From assembly GCF_009914755.1 (NCBI RefSeq), contig NC_060943.1: a DNA stretch of 64,000 nt. One strand, written 5' to 3'. This DNA is from the human T2T-CHM13v2.0 reference genome, Homo sapiens. Shown in pieces: positions 35,381-51,277 of the stretch; within the stretch, counting starts at the first letter, position 1, and every line of letters starts with the position of its first letter. Both the position numbers and the translations under genes were made by a program. The notes under the pieces were generated by a model that was given only the letters and a program-made list of their open reading frames with translations, made no database searches and had not been told where the DNA came from.

Positions 35381-35959
35381 TACAAAGCACCTCCTGGGCT
35401 GCTTTGTGGAAAACAGGCTGGGCAGGCAGCATTGCTGAGAACAGAGGCTGAGGCTTCTGCGGACACCCAGGAAAAAGCCAGAGTGACTTGGATGCCGTTG
35501 AGGATGAGGAGGATGGACAGAGTGATATGAAAATTGTGGATGGAAATAGTTATGCCGAGGCAGAAAAGAGAGACATCCTGGCCACGCAGCGCCAGCCTGT
35601 CCTGTTTTATTATTTGAATTTTATTTGAACCCAGAAGAGCAGAAGCTAATCACTACTCAGCCTTGAGTGCCGCGTGCTAGTCCTGCCACACAGATGATCT
35701 CCATGCATCCTCACAACTCCCCACGGCTGAGTGCGGCATGGTAGTCACCACCACAGAACGAATAAGGAAACTGAGTCTGAAAGAGGTGAAGGCAACTGCC
35801 CTAAATCAGAGGACTGGAAAACACGGAGCTGGATTTAACCCCAAATCTGACACCTTCAGAGCATAAACGTGGTGCACCCACATCATTCAAGCTTGAAGTT
35901 GAGTCGGGTAATCCATTCAAACAGAAAGACGCTTAAAATATTGTGGTAGCCCTTGGACC

Positions 35960-36680
35960 ACTTCTCTTCTCTCCTTCCCTCTCCTCCCTTCTGTTCCCTT
36001 CTCCTCCCCTCCTTTGTCTCTTCTTTCCCCTTCTCTCCTCGTCCTCTCGTCTCCCTCCTCCTCTCCTCATCCTCTCTTCTCCGTCCCCTTCCCTCCCCTC
36101 TCAGCCCCTCTTCTCCCTCCCCTTCTTCCCCTCTCATCTCTTCTCCCTCCACCTCCCTCCCCTCTTTATCCCCTCATCTCCCTCCTCTTCCCTCCCCTCA
36201 TCCCCCTTCTCCCTCTGCTTCCCTCCTCTCTCATCCCCTCATCTCCCTCCCCTTCCCTCCTCTCATCTCTTCCCCCTCCACCTCCCTCCCCTCCTCGTCC
36301 CCTCTTCTCCCTCTCCTTCCCTCCCCTCCTCATCCCCCATCTCCCTCCCCTTCCCTCCTCCTCATCCCCCATCTCCCTCCCCTTCCCTCCCCTCCTCATC
36401 CCCTGTTCTCCCTCCCCTTCTCTCCCCTCTCATCCCCCCATCTCCCCCCTTCCCTCCCTTTCATCCCCTCTTATCCCTCCACTTCCCTCCCTCTCACCTC
36501 CTCTTCTCCCTCCCCTTCCCTCCCTCTGATCCCCTCTTATCCCTCCACTTCCCTCCCTCTCATCCCCTCTTCTCCCTCCCCTTCCCTCCGTCTCATCTCC
36601 TCTTCTCCTTCCTCTTCCCTCCCTCTCATCCCCTCTTCTCCCTCCCCTTCCCTCCATCTCATCTCCTCTTCTACATCCAC
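35960..36680. repeat. Polypyrimidine (CT-rich) tract
   Basis: About 700 bp almost entirely C/T. Confidence 0.95.
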
Positions 36681-36756
36681 ACTCCTTGGTGCTGTTATCC
36701 AATCTCACAGGTTTAAATGGAGTCCATACACTGATGACTCTAAAATCTGTACCTGC

Positions 36757-37088
36757 AGAGTCCTGACACTCACCTGAATCCACTGCCTCCCCTTCCCAGT
36801 CCTGACTCACCTGAATCTTCTCCCTCCCCTTCCCAGTCCTGACACTCACCTGAATCCACCACCTCCCCTTCCCAGTCCTGACACTCACCTGAATCTTCTC
36901 ACTCACCTGAATCTTCTCCCTCCCCTTCCCAGTCCTGACACTCACCTGAATCTTCTCCCTCCCCTTCCCAGTCCTGACGCTCACCTGAATCTTCTCCCTC
37001 CCCTTCCCAGTCCTGACACTCACCTGAATCCACCACCTCCCCTTCCCAGCCCTGACACTCACCTGAATCTGCTGCCTCCCCTTCCCGA
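36757..37088. repeat. 39-bp minisatellite (CAGTCCTGACACTCACCTGAATCTTCTCCCTCCCCTTCC)
   Basis: About 8-9 units; appears as a 13-aa periodicity in the ORF track. Confidence 0.95.
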
Positions 37089-38259
37089 GCATCTCATAGC
37101 TTTCCCAAACTCAACTAATATTCCCTGAGTTTGTATATGCACCAAGCACTCTTCTAATTGTTTTACAGTTGTTAACATATTTAATTCCTTCAACAGCTGT
37201 AACGCCCATTTTACAGATGAGAAATCTACGGCCCAATTTACCAAAGGAACTCACTAGAGGAAACAGTGAGTGGGAGACTCCAGTTTACATGGAGCTCCTC
37301 CATGATGCCTGGTCTCAGCCTTCCGTGTGCCACCTCCCTCGTTCCAGGGTCCTTATGAGGCTCCGTTGTCCTCTGGGCCTTTGCACATATTGTTCCCCTG
37401 CCTTGAACACTGTTCCCTGAGCTTGATTCCAGGCTCTTCATCATCAACCTGCCCCACTGAGGGCAAGTTAGTAAACTCCCAGAAACTCTGTGTTTCATCA
37501 GTCATTGATGTTGGGCATCTTAGGACATACCTCATAAGGGTATTGTGAAAACTAATTACAACAATATGCTGGCCGGGCACAGTGGCTCACACCTGTAATC
37601 CCAGCATTTTGGGAGGCCAAGGTGAGTGGATCCTTTTCTTGTTAAATTGATAGCTAGATTGATTGATAGATTGATGACAGACGGATGGAAGATGGATGGG
37701 TCGATGGGTACATGGCAGAATAGTCAGGTGGATGTGTGGATGAATGGACTGGGTGAGTGGAAGGATGGGTTGATGGGTGGATAAATGGATGTGTTTGTGG
37801 ATGAATAGATGGTCGGATGTATACATGGACATGTGGTTGGATGAATGTTTGGTTGAGTGGATGCCACACATAAACACTTTTCTTTTCCAAGGGTGAGTTT
37901 TGAGTTCTAGAAGTTCCCTTTGTTTTCTGTCTACGTTAACCACATGTGAATTTCATGACATTGGGACACACACATCCCCACTCAGAAATAAAGTAGCAGG
38001 GGATGAATGAGGAAAATGGAAAGATGGCCTCCTGTTTCCCTGCTAACACCTGTGGGGTTGAATGAGGTTTTCATCATCAATTTCCATCTTCCTGATTCAT
38101 GAGTCAAGTCTCTCTTCCTACACCCTCCTGACTATCTCGGTGAGATTTGCATTCACGATGTCATACGCAAGGATGGTGCTTCTTTGAGTTCATCTGGACC
38201 AGAGACATCTGTACAGTAGCTGGTATGCTCATCTCTGCCTACACTTTTTTATTTCATGA

Positions 38260-38406
<147 letters not shown>

Positions 38407-38500
38407 TGACTAATTTATATATATATATAAAAAATACACATATTATATATATAATATACATATATAAAATATACATATTATATATAATATACATATATAA

Positions 38501-38837
<337 letters not shown>

Positions 38838-38869
38838 CAGAGTCTCACTCTGTCACCCACTGGGCTAGC

Positions 38870-39030
38870 CCTCTTTCTAAGCTTCGGTGTGCACGTGAAT
38901 CCCGTGAATATTTATTAAGTGCACATTCGGATTGAGTAGGTCTGGGATGGAGCCTGCAATTCTGAATTTCAGGCAGGTTCTTAGGGGCTGCCAAGGCTGC
39001 TGGTCTTCAGCTCACAACGTGTGCAGTGAG
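38870..39030. mobile_element. MER5A-like
   Basis: AGTAGGTCTGGGATGGAGCC...TTCTGAATTTC motif. Confidence 0.6.
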
Positions 39031-39089
39031 TTCATGCTCTGGTTGACCTTTACCAATGTTTAGTTATACCCAGAAAACATTTGTGAGCT

Positions 39090-39610
39090 AAATATAAATA
39101 TATACAATACTTATAGAAAATATTAAATATATTTAGTAATACATTTATTACATATTCAATTTAGTATATAATATTATTATTATATCAATATTATACATTA
39201 TAACATATATATAATTATATGAATTTAGTTTATATTGCATAATATAAATAATATGTAACATTATATATAGCATAATATATATTATGTATCATCATATGTG
39301 TTATATAAGATATATCATTTGACATATGTATTATATATAATATATTATATAAAATTATATATAATAATCATATGTGATTCTATAATAATTTAATACATTT
39401 AATATACAATATACAATAATTTAATATATAATACATATTTAATCCTATATTTATATATTTAGTAACTATATTATATATATTTAATAATATAAAATAGTAT
39501 TTATATAATTCATATGTATAGTACATGTTAATAAATATGCATGTTTATAAATGAATAATAAATATACTTGTTTATAAATCATACAAACCACTGTAATGTA
39601 TAATATAAAA
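39090..39610. repeat. AT-rich low-complexity tract
   Basis: Seen directly. Confidence 0.9.
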
Positions 39611-40278
39611 CAAGCACAAAATGTAAGAATTTTAAAAGACATGACAACATAACACATAGAAACTGAACTTGTAATGGTATCATTCCCACCTCAGACATCA
39701 CCATTGTAAACGGGAGATGTAGCTTAGAACTGAGGGAAGAAACGGAAGTAAAGAGAACAGGAAAATATAGAAAGTTATCTAATCTGTTGAGGGTCTCCTG
39801 AAGATACATTTCTGAGACCAACTTGATTTGCTGATCAACTAGACGGGTGACAAGGATGAGGTTGATTTTTAACACCACTGTACCTGAAGCTCCAGGAGAT
39901 TGGGAGCCGCCACCCACGTGTGTAAATGCGCCATGGGCCACACGTCCAGTCCATGTCCCTTCCATTCTTCCTTCTAAACAGCTTGCTGATAACCCTGCTT
40001 TTCCCACATTTCCTTCCTAAATTACTGCAGCAACCCCGTCCATTTCTTCAGCCCCTCAAAGTGAAATCTAAAAAGTCCTCTTCATTCCGTAGCTCTTCTT
40101 GGGGTTCCTGCAGCTCAGGATAAAACTCGACTCCCCTACAAGGACCAAAGCAGTGGACACTCTTTAGTTTGACCCTGGGAGGAGCTTGGTCAGGGAAGGC
40201 CGACAGCCAATGGGACTTGTCTTGAAGCTGCTCTTTGCTTCAAATTCTTAATAAGCAGTCTTTGCACCACTTATGAGT

Positions 40279-40323
<45 letters not shown>

Positions 40324-40581
40324 CTGGTCGCTCCATAACAAACACCCCAAGCTTAACAACATGCAACAACAATTATTTTGTTATGTTTGCAGATTCATAA
40401 AGTGCAAGGTGCAGATGGCTTCTTTCTAGTCCAGTATGTCTGGGGCTAGAATTAGGAAGGAAGGAAGTCAGTTAGGAATATTCGATGGCTGGGAAAAGCC
40501 CAACATTTAGAGGGGTGTAAAGTGAGGTTAGAAAGTACTAACAGTGAAAGCTGTATCATTGCCTGTCTTATAAACTATGGC

Positions 40582-40770
40582 GGTAGTTCTCAAGCTGGGA
40601 TGCTCTTATCCCCCAGTGGACACTGGCAACGTCTGGACACAGTTTTGATTGTCACTACTGGGGAAAGGAATGAGTTCTGGGCATCTAATGGGTGGAGGCC
40701 AGGGATGGCCTTCAGTGCAGAGGACAGTCCCCACCACACACACAACAAAGAATCATCCACCCAGCTCCAA
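40582..40770. mobile_element. MER20-like
   Basis: GTAGTTCTCAA...GGCAACGTCTGGACACAGTTTTGATTGTCAC. Confidence 0.7.
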
Positions 40771-41259
40771 ACGTCATGCTGTAGTTTGGAATTGCCTTCA
40801 ACAAGCATATCTGAAAACAGGTTTGTATCGTGGCAAGGAAACGTGAAATGTGCTCACATAAGAGCCAGCTGTGCGCTGCACCCCTTTACAAGCATGTAGG
40901 ACAGGAATTCATTATGTCAGACAATGAGAAGAAAAGACAGCCAGCCCCAGGAAATTAAAGAAAAGCTGGCTATCAACAGCATCTAGGGGCACAATCTGCA
41001 AAGCAGACAGCTGCAATTTGAATGTTTGGATGGTTCAGAAATGGACAGTTCTGCACTGCTGGCCATGATGAGCTGTTTCCAAGAGCTACTCCCTTCCTGA
41101 GTTTCCTGGAGATGCATATATTTCCTGGACCTCAGCTGAACCCTGGGTTTGTCTCTTGGAGGGAACAATCCGTGGTGGGTCAGTGAGCTGAGCTTGAGTC
41201 GCAACTGGACTGTCTTGACTTTCTAACTGCATCTTGTTGGATACCATGGACTTCATGTT

Positions 41260-42370
41260 GTAACAATAAGTATCTAGTCAGGCATGTGCAAGGTGGGAGG
41301 GGGCTCTCCCGACCCCACCAAGAATGTCAGGTGACCATCAGGTGATGGCCAGGGAGTTGTCACACTGCCTTTCTAAAATAATAACTGGTCACAGCCAGTG
41401 CTCGGTAAAAGCAGTTTCCCAATTGATAAAAAACACCTGAAACTGGTGATTGGCAGCTTCCCACTAAGATATCAAGAGTCGGGCGAGTGGGCTGGAGCAT
41501 GCCCATGAAGAGACAAAATGGTGGAGCTTAACTGGTATTTGACCTTCTAGGGGCATTCCACCGGGAAGGGGAAGAGCGCCTCAGGTGAGCGTGCACATAA
41601 CTCCAGTAAACACGCTGCATGTGTGGCCCCTCCCAAGTGCTAGCAGGCCACCGAGCATGCAGGCAGCTCATGATAAGAGGAGAATCAAGGGAAATGGGAT
41701 GCAAGATGCTGGAAGTATGCCAGCATATAAAACCCTAAGTCCACGGTCAACCAGGGCACTGGTCCTTCAAGTTGCCCACTTGGGCCTCTTCCAAAGGTAC
41801 TTTCCTTCCTTTCATTTTTTCTGGGGGGGACCCACAAGTCATTTTATTTAGGAGACCATCTATTCTGCTTTTCTTTTGGCTACTTTTTTTCTTTATTTCT
41901 AAACAAAAACAAAAAACAGGACACATGTGCACAGCGTGCAGGTTTGTCACATAGGTATACATGTGCCATGGTGGTTTGCTGCACCTGTTGACCTGTCCTC
42001 TAAATTCCCTCCCCTCATCTCTCACCCCACAACAGGTCCTGGTGTGTGTTGTTCCCCTCTCTGTGTCCACATGTTCTTAATGTTCAACTCCCACTTACGA
42101 GTGAGAACATGCGGTGTTTGGCTTTCTGTTCCTGTGTTAGTTTGCTGAGGTTGATGGCTTCCAGCTTCCTTTCCTTTTATTCTTGCCTTTCATTCTAAAG
42201 CTTTTTAATAAACTTCCACTCCTGCTCTAAAACTTGCCTCACTCTCTTCTTCTGCCTTATGCCCCACAGTCAAATTCTTTCTTCTGAGGAGGCAAGAATT
42301 GAGGTTGCTGGGCACCCATAAGGATTCGCCTCTGGTAACGTATTTTGGTGCTGGGTCACTTGGATAATTT
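41260..42370 (+). mobile_element. MER50-like ERV1 LTR plus start of internal sequence, interrupted by an L1PA 3' fragment (~41885-42168, -)
   Basis: GAATGTCAGGTGACCATCAGGTGATGG...AAAATAATAACTGGTCACAGCC; ends GGTAAC followed by PBS-like TTTTGGTGC. Confidence 0.7.
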
Positions 42371-43020
42371 GCATTGCTAACAATATCAGAATGTTCCCTC
42401 CAACTGAATCTTCTTTTTCATGCAAGACTGGACACATCCATTCTGTGAGGTGTGTTTTTAGAGAAAAAATTAATCCATGATACTTGTTAAAGTGGTAAGG
42501 AACACTTTCTTCAGGACCATGGAGATAGGTATAGGGGCCACAGCAATGGGATTTCACACTGGGGCAGAGAAACTGGGCTTAACTCTGAATACAGCATGAG
42601 CAAGTGCGAATGTATAGCCCAAGAGCAGGGTAGGTGTCAGTGGATGAAAAATTATTGAGAGAAAATCAAGGTGGTAGCCTGGCTGTGTTCACTGTTCCAT
42701 GCTCAGTGTTCAAGAGATGTACTTTTCTGAATGGTGAAAAATGGTATCTGAGTCCATTAAGATTGTCAGGGAATTCAGGCTAAGTAGCCTCTCAGAATCC
42801 TTGCTGAAGACAAGCCAGGTTGGTCAGATGTTATGTAGGGGTTCACAGAGGGTGAGGAACCCAATCAGGCATCGAGGAAAGCACAAACCTGAGGAAATAG
42901 ACACTTCTGGGAACTTTACAATGGCAGGAGTACCTGCAAATTGGATTTTCTGCAGAGACACATTTGCCAGGTTACAACAAAGTCACCTGAACAGATATAC
43001 ACTGCTTTTTAAATATATAA

Positions 43021-43325
<305 letters not shown>

Positions 43326-44204
43326 TTATAATTATATATTTTTAGAGCTGTTTTAGGTTCACATCAAAATTAAGCAGAAGGTACAGAGTCCCCATAGCTC
43401 TGTACCACACATGCACAGCCTCCTCTATGGTCAGCATCCCCTCTGGAGATGTAAATACAGACTGGATGCCCCAGGTGCATTGGTTACAGTCGACCCACCT
43501 GCACTGACCCATCGCCCAGACTCCATAGTTCACATGAGGGCTCTTGGTTTTGTACATTCTGTGGGTTCAGACAGATGCATACTGACAAGCATCTACCATT
43601 GTCGTATCATACAGGACTGTTTCACTGCCCTGAAATTCCTCTGTGCTTTGCCTATTCATCCATCTCTCCCCCGCTTACCTCTGGCAACCACAGATCTTTT
43701 TACTGTCTCCATAGTTTTGCCTTTTCCAGAATGTCATGTAGTGGGAATCATACTAAACTAAACACACTCTCATGATCCAGCAGTCATGCTCTTTGGTATT
43801 TATCCAAGGGAGCTGAACACTTATTTCCAAACAAAAACCTTCACACTGAGGACTATAGCAATTTTATTCATAATTGCAAAGACTTGGAAGCAGCCAAGAT
43901 GTCCTTCAGTCGGTGAATGGATAAACAAACTGGTCCCTCCAAATGACAGAATATTATTCAGGACTAAAAAGAAATGAGCCATCAAGCCTTGAAAAGACAT
44001 GGAAGAGATTTAAATCCATATTGCTGAGTGAAAAAAGCTAATCAGAAAAGTCTTTATTTTTTTAATGGCAGCTTGATGTCCCATTGGACAGGTACACCAC
44101 TACTTATTTTAAAATCCCATTTGGGGATGACTTTTAAAATAAGACTTTGAGACAATTAATGGATAACTAATCTCTAGCTATGAAAGGTCTACTGCACTGA
44201 AGAA

Positions 44205-44698
44205 CTTTATTGGTGAATGTAAGAGTTCAAGAAACAGGAAAGAAACACACAAAGATGCTCAACAGTCAAAGACATGTTTATTTTGGAGAATAAACCTGAG
44301 AGGGGCTTCTGACCCATTTCAGTCAGGTGCATTCTCTCTCTTACAGATTAAAAGTATTTATGGGTTCAGAGCGAGAGAACCTGTCATAGGCTTGGAACAT
44401 TTGTGTGTGGCGGAGAAGTTTATTGCGGGGTTGGAATGCCTCTGGTTGGAGGTGAGGTTATCTCGTGGCTGACATCTCTCCAGTCAGAGGGGAGGTTATC
44501 TTGGGGCTGGCATGTCTCTGGTCGGGGAGAGGTTTATCTTATAGTTGGAATGTTTCTGGTCGGAGATGTCATTTGTGGTTTATGGTCATGCTGACCTTCA
44601 CCATTAGGCTGATGCCCTTTGGATTTAGGAGATTTTTGATCAAGGTGAACTTTTAAATGGTGGTGCTTGTCCAAGATGGCGATACTCCTGCTCTGTCA
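44205..44698 (-). mobile_element. ERV1-like LTR
   Basis: Minus strand begins TGACAGAGCAGGAGTATCGCCATCTTGG. Confidence 0.55.
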
Positions 44699-45291
44699 GT
44701 GAATATTTTAAACGTGTGCATAATCTCTCAGATAGATCAAGCTGGGGCACCAAGAAAGATCACCATAGGCCTCTATAGGATGGATTTTTTAATGTTCCTT
44801 TCATTTAGAAACATGTGCTCGGCTTCCCCTAAACCCTCTCTCAGGATATTTTACTTTTGTTGATGACTCACCCCACTCACCACATCTACTTAGGGCCATG
44901 ATATTGGAGAGTCAGATTCTATACCGTACATTTTTTTAAATGGCTGTTTATCCGTGGAACACACTGGAAACACCTGCCCATGCCTTGACGTGGACTTCTA
45001 GCCTCTACACCAAGATAATAAATTTCTGTTGTTTCAGCCACTCAGTGTGTGGTAATTTATTTTAAGGCAGCCCTAGCTTAAATAAAGTACTCATAACTCA
45101 TTCATAACACCCCATTTTTTTCACATTTCTGCCAAGACTCTAATTAAGAATAAATAAAGCTGTGCAAAATAAGAGCGTAACAAAACAATGGTTTCATCCT
45201 CATTCCTAGACTCCCCTCCCCCAGCCTAGCTTCTCAGTCTGCCTCTGGGGCTCCCACCTGTTGTGAGACGCAGGGGAGATGTGATGAGGGG

Positions 45292-45395
45292 ATCCCCTGG
45301 TGCTGCCATGGAAACCACACCAGGAGTAAGGGAGAGGCGTGGCTGGGAACAAGGGAGGGAAGGCCTCAGAGAGAGCTCTGGAAAGTGTCTGGGTA
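45292..45395 (+). promoter_or_regulatory. X-box module copy 8
   Basis: GCTGCCATGGAAAC at 45302-45315, 64-nt purine-rich spacer, degenerate CTGGAAAGTGTC ending at 45389. Confidence 0.6.
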
Positions 45396-45472
45396 AGGTT
45401 GCCCCAAATTCCATCCTAGCACACAGTATATGCTCAATAAATATTTATGGAGCAAATTAATGAAATTAATGA

Positions 45473-45778
<306 letters not shown>

Positions 45779-46791
45779 GAAATTTTGCAACATTTGTCTA
45801 AAGACTTCGAACATGGATGATTGTGGTTCCTAGGTCATGGGTTTACATAAGATTCTACTTATAAAAGTACATTAAGGTGGTTAAAAATTTGTTTTAAAAC
45901 CTTTATTAAAATTTCTTGTCAAATAATTGTTTTGTTTAATAAGTGTTCAAAGTTGTGAAAAAGCGTGCTAACATTGTTAACAGCACAGACTCTGGCCCCT
46001 GCAAACAGAGCCTTTCTCAAGCAGCTTCCCCCAGCTCCCCTCTCTGGCTCTCTTTCCCTTTGTCTCCTCATCTTGTTTCTGTCACCGTCATCCGTGTTTG
46101 AACTTACTTGGCTTATTTATTCATTTTGTTTGTTCACTGGTTTTTTTGTTGTTCTCTGGGTGAACTGGTAAACTCCTGAGCACTGAGACCTTGTCTGTGT
46201 GTTCACCTCGTGTTTCCGGGACCTGAACAGTATTGGGTCATTACCGATGCTCAACGTACATGTTTTGAATAAATATAGGATGTGTCAAAGGTTATTTCAA
46301 AGATGTATATTTCCTTTCACTCAACAGTATCACTTCTAGAATATACCCTGCAGGTATGCCCAAATAAATGCCAAATATGATATGCATGGCGTTATTTTCT
46401 GTAGCTTTTCTAGACCAGAAGAAAAGAATGGAAATGACTTCATTGTGCATAGAAGGGTAGCTGGCTAAATAAACCTTAGTATCCTCACACTTTGGAAGAT
46501 TCTACACAATAAAAGAGAATGAAGTTCTTACCGTATAGATAGAGAACAATGCCCAGGATGAATTGTCACATGGAGAAAGACAAGTGCCAAATGGTATACA
46601 CCATCACTTTGCAGAATGTGCATGAGAGTGTAATTATGCTCAGTAGTTTATGAATAACCCATTATGCATAATAACATGGGCATAATAGATTGTGCATGAT
46701 AATATTTGCATAATATATTAGAACATTTTTGCATGCATACGTATGTATGTAAAACTTCACTCTGGGGCAAAACACAAGTAATTGGCATTAG

Positions 46792-47245
<454 letters not shown>

Positions 47246-47439
47246 TTATATGATATTAAGAGTTCTATTAGTGTGCCATTTTATAAATGTCACCATAATC
47301 ATTATCGAATGGGCTAGAGGTTAACATTTATAAGATATGTGCATTAAGGTGTTCCAAAATATTATAACAGGGACTGGAAAGAAAAAAACATTAATAAATA
47401 TAAGATTATTTACAAGTTTAATTCATGGAAAAAATAAGC

Positions 47440-49000
47440 AAACGTTGGAAAGCAACCAGTAAACAATTGGAAATGAAATTTTAAAAATACCAATCACATT
47501 TATATCTAAAAATATGCACTATCTATTGCAAATCTAACAAAATATACAGAAGATGTGTACTTTAATAAAGCACACATCATTGCTAAGAGAAGTTAAATAA
47601 GACTTAAGTAAATAGAGACACATGTGATGTTCATGGATTAGGAGACCTGACAATGTTAGGATGGCCATGACCCCAGGGTATTGTAATCCCAGTCAAATTC
47701 CCAGTGCCATATTTTGTAGAAATTGACCCATTGATTCTAGAGTCTATGTGGAATGACAAAAGATCTACAACTGGCCCCCCAAAAATTAGGAAAACCAAAA
47801 GAAAGAACAAAATTGGAGGACTTTATCTGATGTCAAGATTGTATAAAGCTACAATAATCAAGGCAGTGAGGTATCAGCACATAGAGAAACATACATCAAT
47901 AGAACAGAGTCCAGACACACATCCACGGTCAATTGATTCTTGACAAAGACCATGGAACTTGACAGGAAATGGAAAGTCTTTTCAACTAAGCATTCTGGAA
48001 CACATATATAACTTAATTTAAGATGGGATTATAGACCTAAACATTGAAACCTTCCAGAAGGAACTATAGAAAAATATCTTCATGATGTTGGAATAGGCAA
48101 ATATTAGGAGACAAAAAAAGCTCACCATTAAACAGTCAGTAAATTGAATTACATTAAAAAAAATTTCTGTTCATCAAAATATTCTGTTAAGACATGAATA
48201 TGCAAGCCACATGGTGGGGGATTATATTTACAATACATATGTCTGCAAAAGGACTTATAATCAGAATATGAAAAAAATGCCTACGTCAATAATAAAGGGA
48301 CAATTCAATTAAAAATGAGCAAGAAACTCGAATTGGAACTTTACAAAAGAAAATATAGGCCAGGCGTGGTAGCTCACACCTATAATCCCAGCACTTTGGG
48401 AGGCCAAGGCAGGCAGATCAGCTGAGGTCAGGAGTTCGAGACCACCCTGGCCAACATAGAAAAACCCCATCTCTACTAAAAACACAAAAATTAGCTGGGC
48501 ATGGTGGCAGGTGCCTGTACTCCCAGCTACTCGGGAGGCTGACGCAGGAGAATTGCTTGAACTCGAGAGGCAGAAGTTGTAGATTGTAGTGAGCCGAGAT
48601 CATGCCATTGCACCCCAGCCTGGGCGACAGAGCAAGACTCCGTCTCAAAAAAAAAAAAGAAAGAAAGAAAGAAAATATGCAAATGGACAATAAACACATG
48701 CAAAGATGTATAAGCTAATTAGCTGACAGAGAAACGCAAATTAAACCCAAAATAAGATAACATTTCACAATTACTAGGATGGTTAAAATACAAAAGACTG
48801 AAATACTGAATATTGGTGAGAATGTGGAGCAACTGGAATTCTCACACATCACAGATGAGGGTATATAATGGCGAAATCATTGCAGACAAACAGTCTGAGT
48901 ATTTCTGAGAATATCAACTGTATAAATAACCTTTGACTGGCTCATTTCACTCCTAGGTATTTGCCTCAAAGAAGTGAAAACCTATGTCCATAAAAAGAAT
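47440..49000 (+). mobile_element. Old L1 (L1M) ORF2 remnant with an Alu (48358-48675)
   Basis: A-rich decayed ORF2 (YKATIIK, AAATTGGAGGAC). Confidence 0.75.
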
Positions 49001-49004
49001 TATA

Positions 49005-49303
49005 GGCCAGGCGAAGTGACTCGCACCTGTAATCCCAGTACTTTGGAAGGCCAAGGTGGGAGGAATGCTTGAGCCCAGGAGTTTAAGACCAGCCTGGGCA
49101 ACATAGCAAGACCCCATCTCTACAAAAAATACATAAATTAGTCAGGTGTGGTGGTGCACGCCTGTAGTCCCAGCTACTCAGGAGACTGAGGTGGGACAAT
49201 CACTTAGCTTGAGGAGGTTGAGGCTGCAGTGAGCTGTGATCGCACTACTGCACTCCAGCCTGGGTGACAGAGTGAGACCCTGTCTCAAAAAAAAAGAAAG
49301 AAA
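49005..49303 (+). mobile_element. Alu (AluJ-like)
   Basis: Alu consensus. Confidence 0.9.
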
Positions 49304-50354
49304 GTTTAGGTCTGGGCATAGCTGTGCAGAGAGATGCTAGCCTAAGGCACCCAGGCCTCCTTTTACCTGGTAAATGCAGGGACCCCATAATCTGTGCGTT
49401 TGAAAACCTCTGCGTGGGTCATCTCAGGACTCCCTGAATGTGTCTGTATCCCTACGTGTTGCTCTCAGTCAATCCCTAAACCTTCTCTGAGGATGTTTGA
49501 AGCCCCCAACCTCCCTTTTCAAACAATACAATTAGCTCAGGGCTATGATATTTCAGGTACAGGAAGTGGCCTATGTCATCCTAATTCTGCACTGGTATGA
49601 GGAATAAATACGGTCGTTAATCCCTGGAATATCCTGAGGAAAACGTATTCAGTTTATTGAGAAGAAAATCTAATATATGATAAAGCAGCTGTTTGAAACC
49701 GTATGTGATTTTCTCATCAATCTCTTTCCTGGGTTACTGAGTGGGCACGCATGTTCTTTTTTTCCCAGTAATTGCTATTTTACTGTGACATTCCGGTTTA
49801 AGACTTTGACATTTAAATGATAAATGTCGTGTCTCGAATCTCAGCACAAAAACACTTTTCTACGGAATTGCTAATAGCAGTCTTCATTTGCCAATTCCCA
49901 ACCTGAGCTGATCCTCACACGGCTACACTGTTCATGTAATTTGAGAAATGACTCACTATCCCTGAGTCGTGATTCTCTGCAAGGCACGACTCTCTAAAGG
50001 TGCCACGAGACAGAGACTCCCTCCCCGTTTCCAACAAGGCGTCTTCCACAAGGGAAATAAATGTTCACCTTTCTTGTCTTTCAAATGTCAAAGAATTGTT
50101 TTTTCTTACGGCAAGGAACTGTCCACAGGTTAAAATTTGTTATCCATTTTCTTATTGTGAAGTTTAAAATACGGGTAAAAAATGTGCATGAAGTTCATTG
50201 GAACAGGTGAATACATGACAGTAACAACTTCCTGCGTTAGGAAAGACTAGGGTTCCCAGAACCCCCACCCCTTCCCATCTACAACCCCCTTCCTCCCTCT
50301 GCTGCCCCCGTCCACCCCGCCAGCCCCCTGGACATAACCACTATTCTGACTTTT

Positions 50355-50648
50355 CTTTTGTTTTTCTTTTTTTCTTGACTTGGAGTCTCACTCTGTCACT
50401 GAGGCTGGAGTGCAGTGGCACAATCTCAGCTCCGCCTCCCAGGTTCACACCATTCTCCTGCCTCAGCCTCCCGAGTAGCTGGGATCACAGGCACCCACCA
50501 CCACACCTGGCTAATTTTTTGTATTTTTAGTAGAGATGAGATTTCACTGTGTTGGCCAGGCTGGTCTCAAACTCCTGACCTCAGGTGATCCGCCTGCCTC
50601 GTCCTCCCAAAGTGCTGGGATTACAGGTGTGAGCCACCATGCCTGGCC
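50355..50648 (-). mobile_element. Alu
   Basis: Antisense Alu; TSD CTATTCTGACTTTT. Confidence 0.9.
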
Positions 50649-50934
50649 TATTCTGACTTTTCTAATAATTTATTTTCGGGTCTTTATCCCTTCACTGCCT
50701 GGCTAAACCACTGTTTATTTTTGTTTGTAAAATAGTAATCTTTGTATTTGTTAAAATGTTAGTAATGCTCGCTCTATTTTGTTTTGTTTTTCACTCCCCC
50801 ACATCTCCGTCTTCCCCACATTGATAGCTGGTTCTGTTTGGTTTTAAATCCCCATCTACTGTGGGGATTTAAGGTTTTTTCCTTAACAATTTTAATTGCG
50901 GTAAAATACATGTATCATAAAACGTACCATTTGA

Positions 50935-51277
<343 letters not shown>

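Noticed and set aside
34863-35530. Overlapping 175-189 aa ORFs in the CpG-rich patch
   Set aside because: Expected in GC-rich DNA; no recognisable domain or exon structure
35943-37092. ORFs of 170-274 aa rich in P/S/L or G/R/E
   Set aside because: Translation artefacts of the polypyrimidine tract and the 39-bp minisatellite
41075-41113. Two weak X-box-like half matches
   Set aside because: Flanks do not align convincingly to the module consensus
50844-50872. Perfect 11-bp stem hairpin TTAAATCCCCA/TGGGGATTTAA
   Set aside because: Isolated short palindrome with no supporting context
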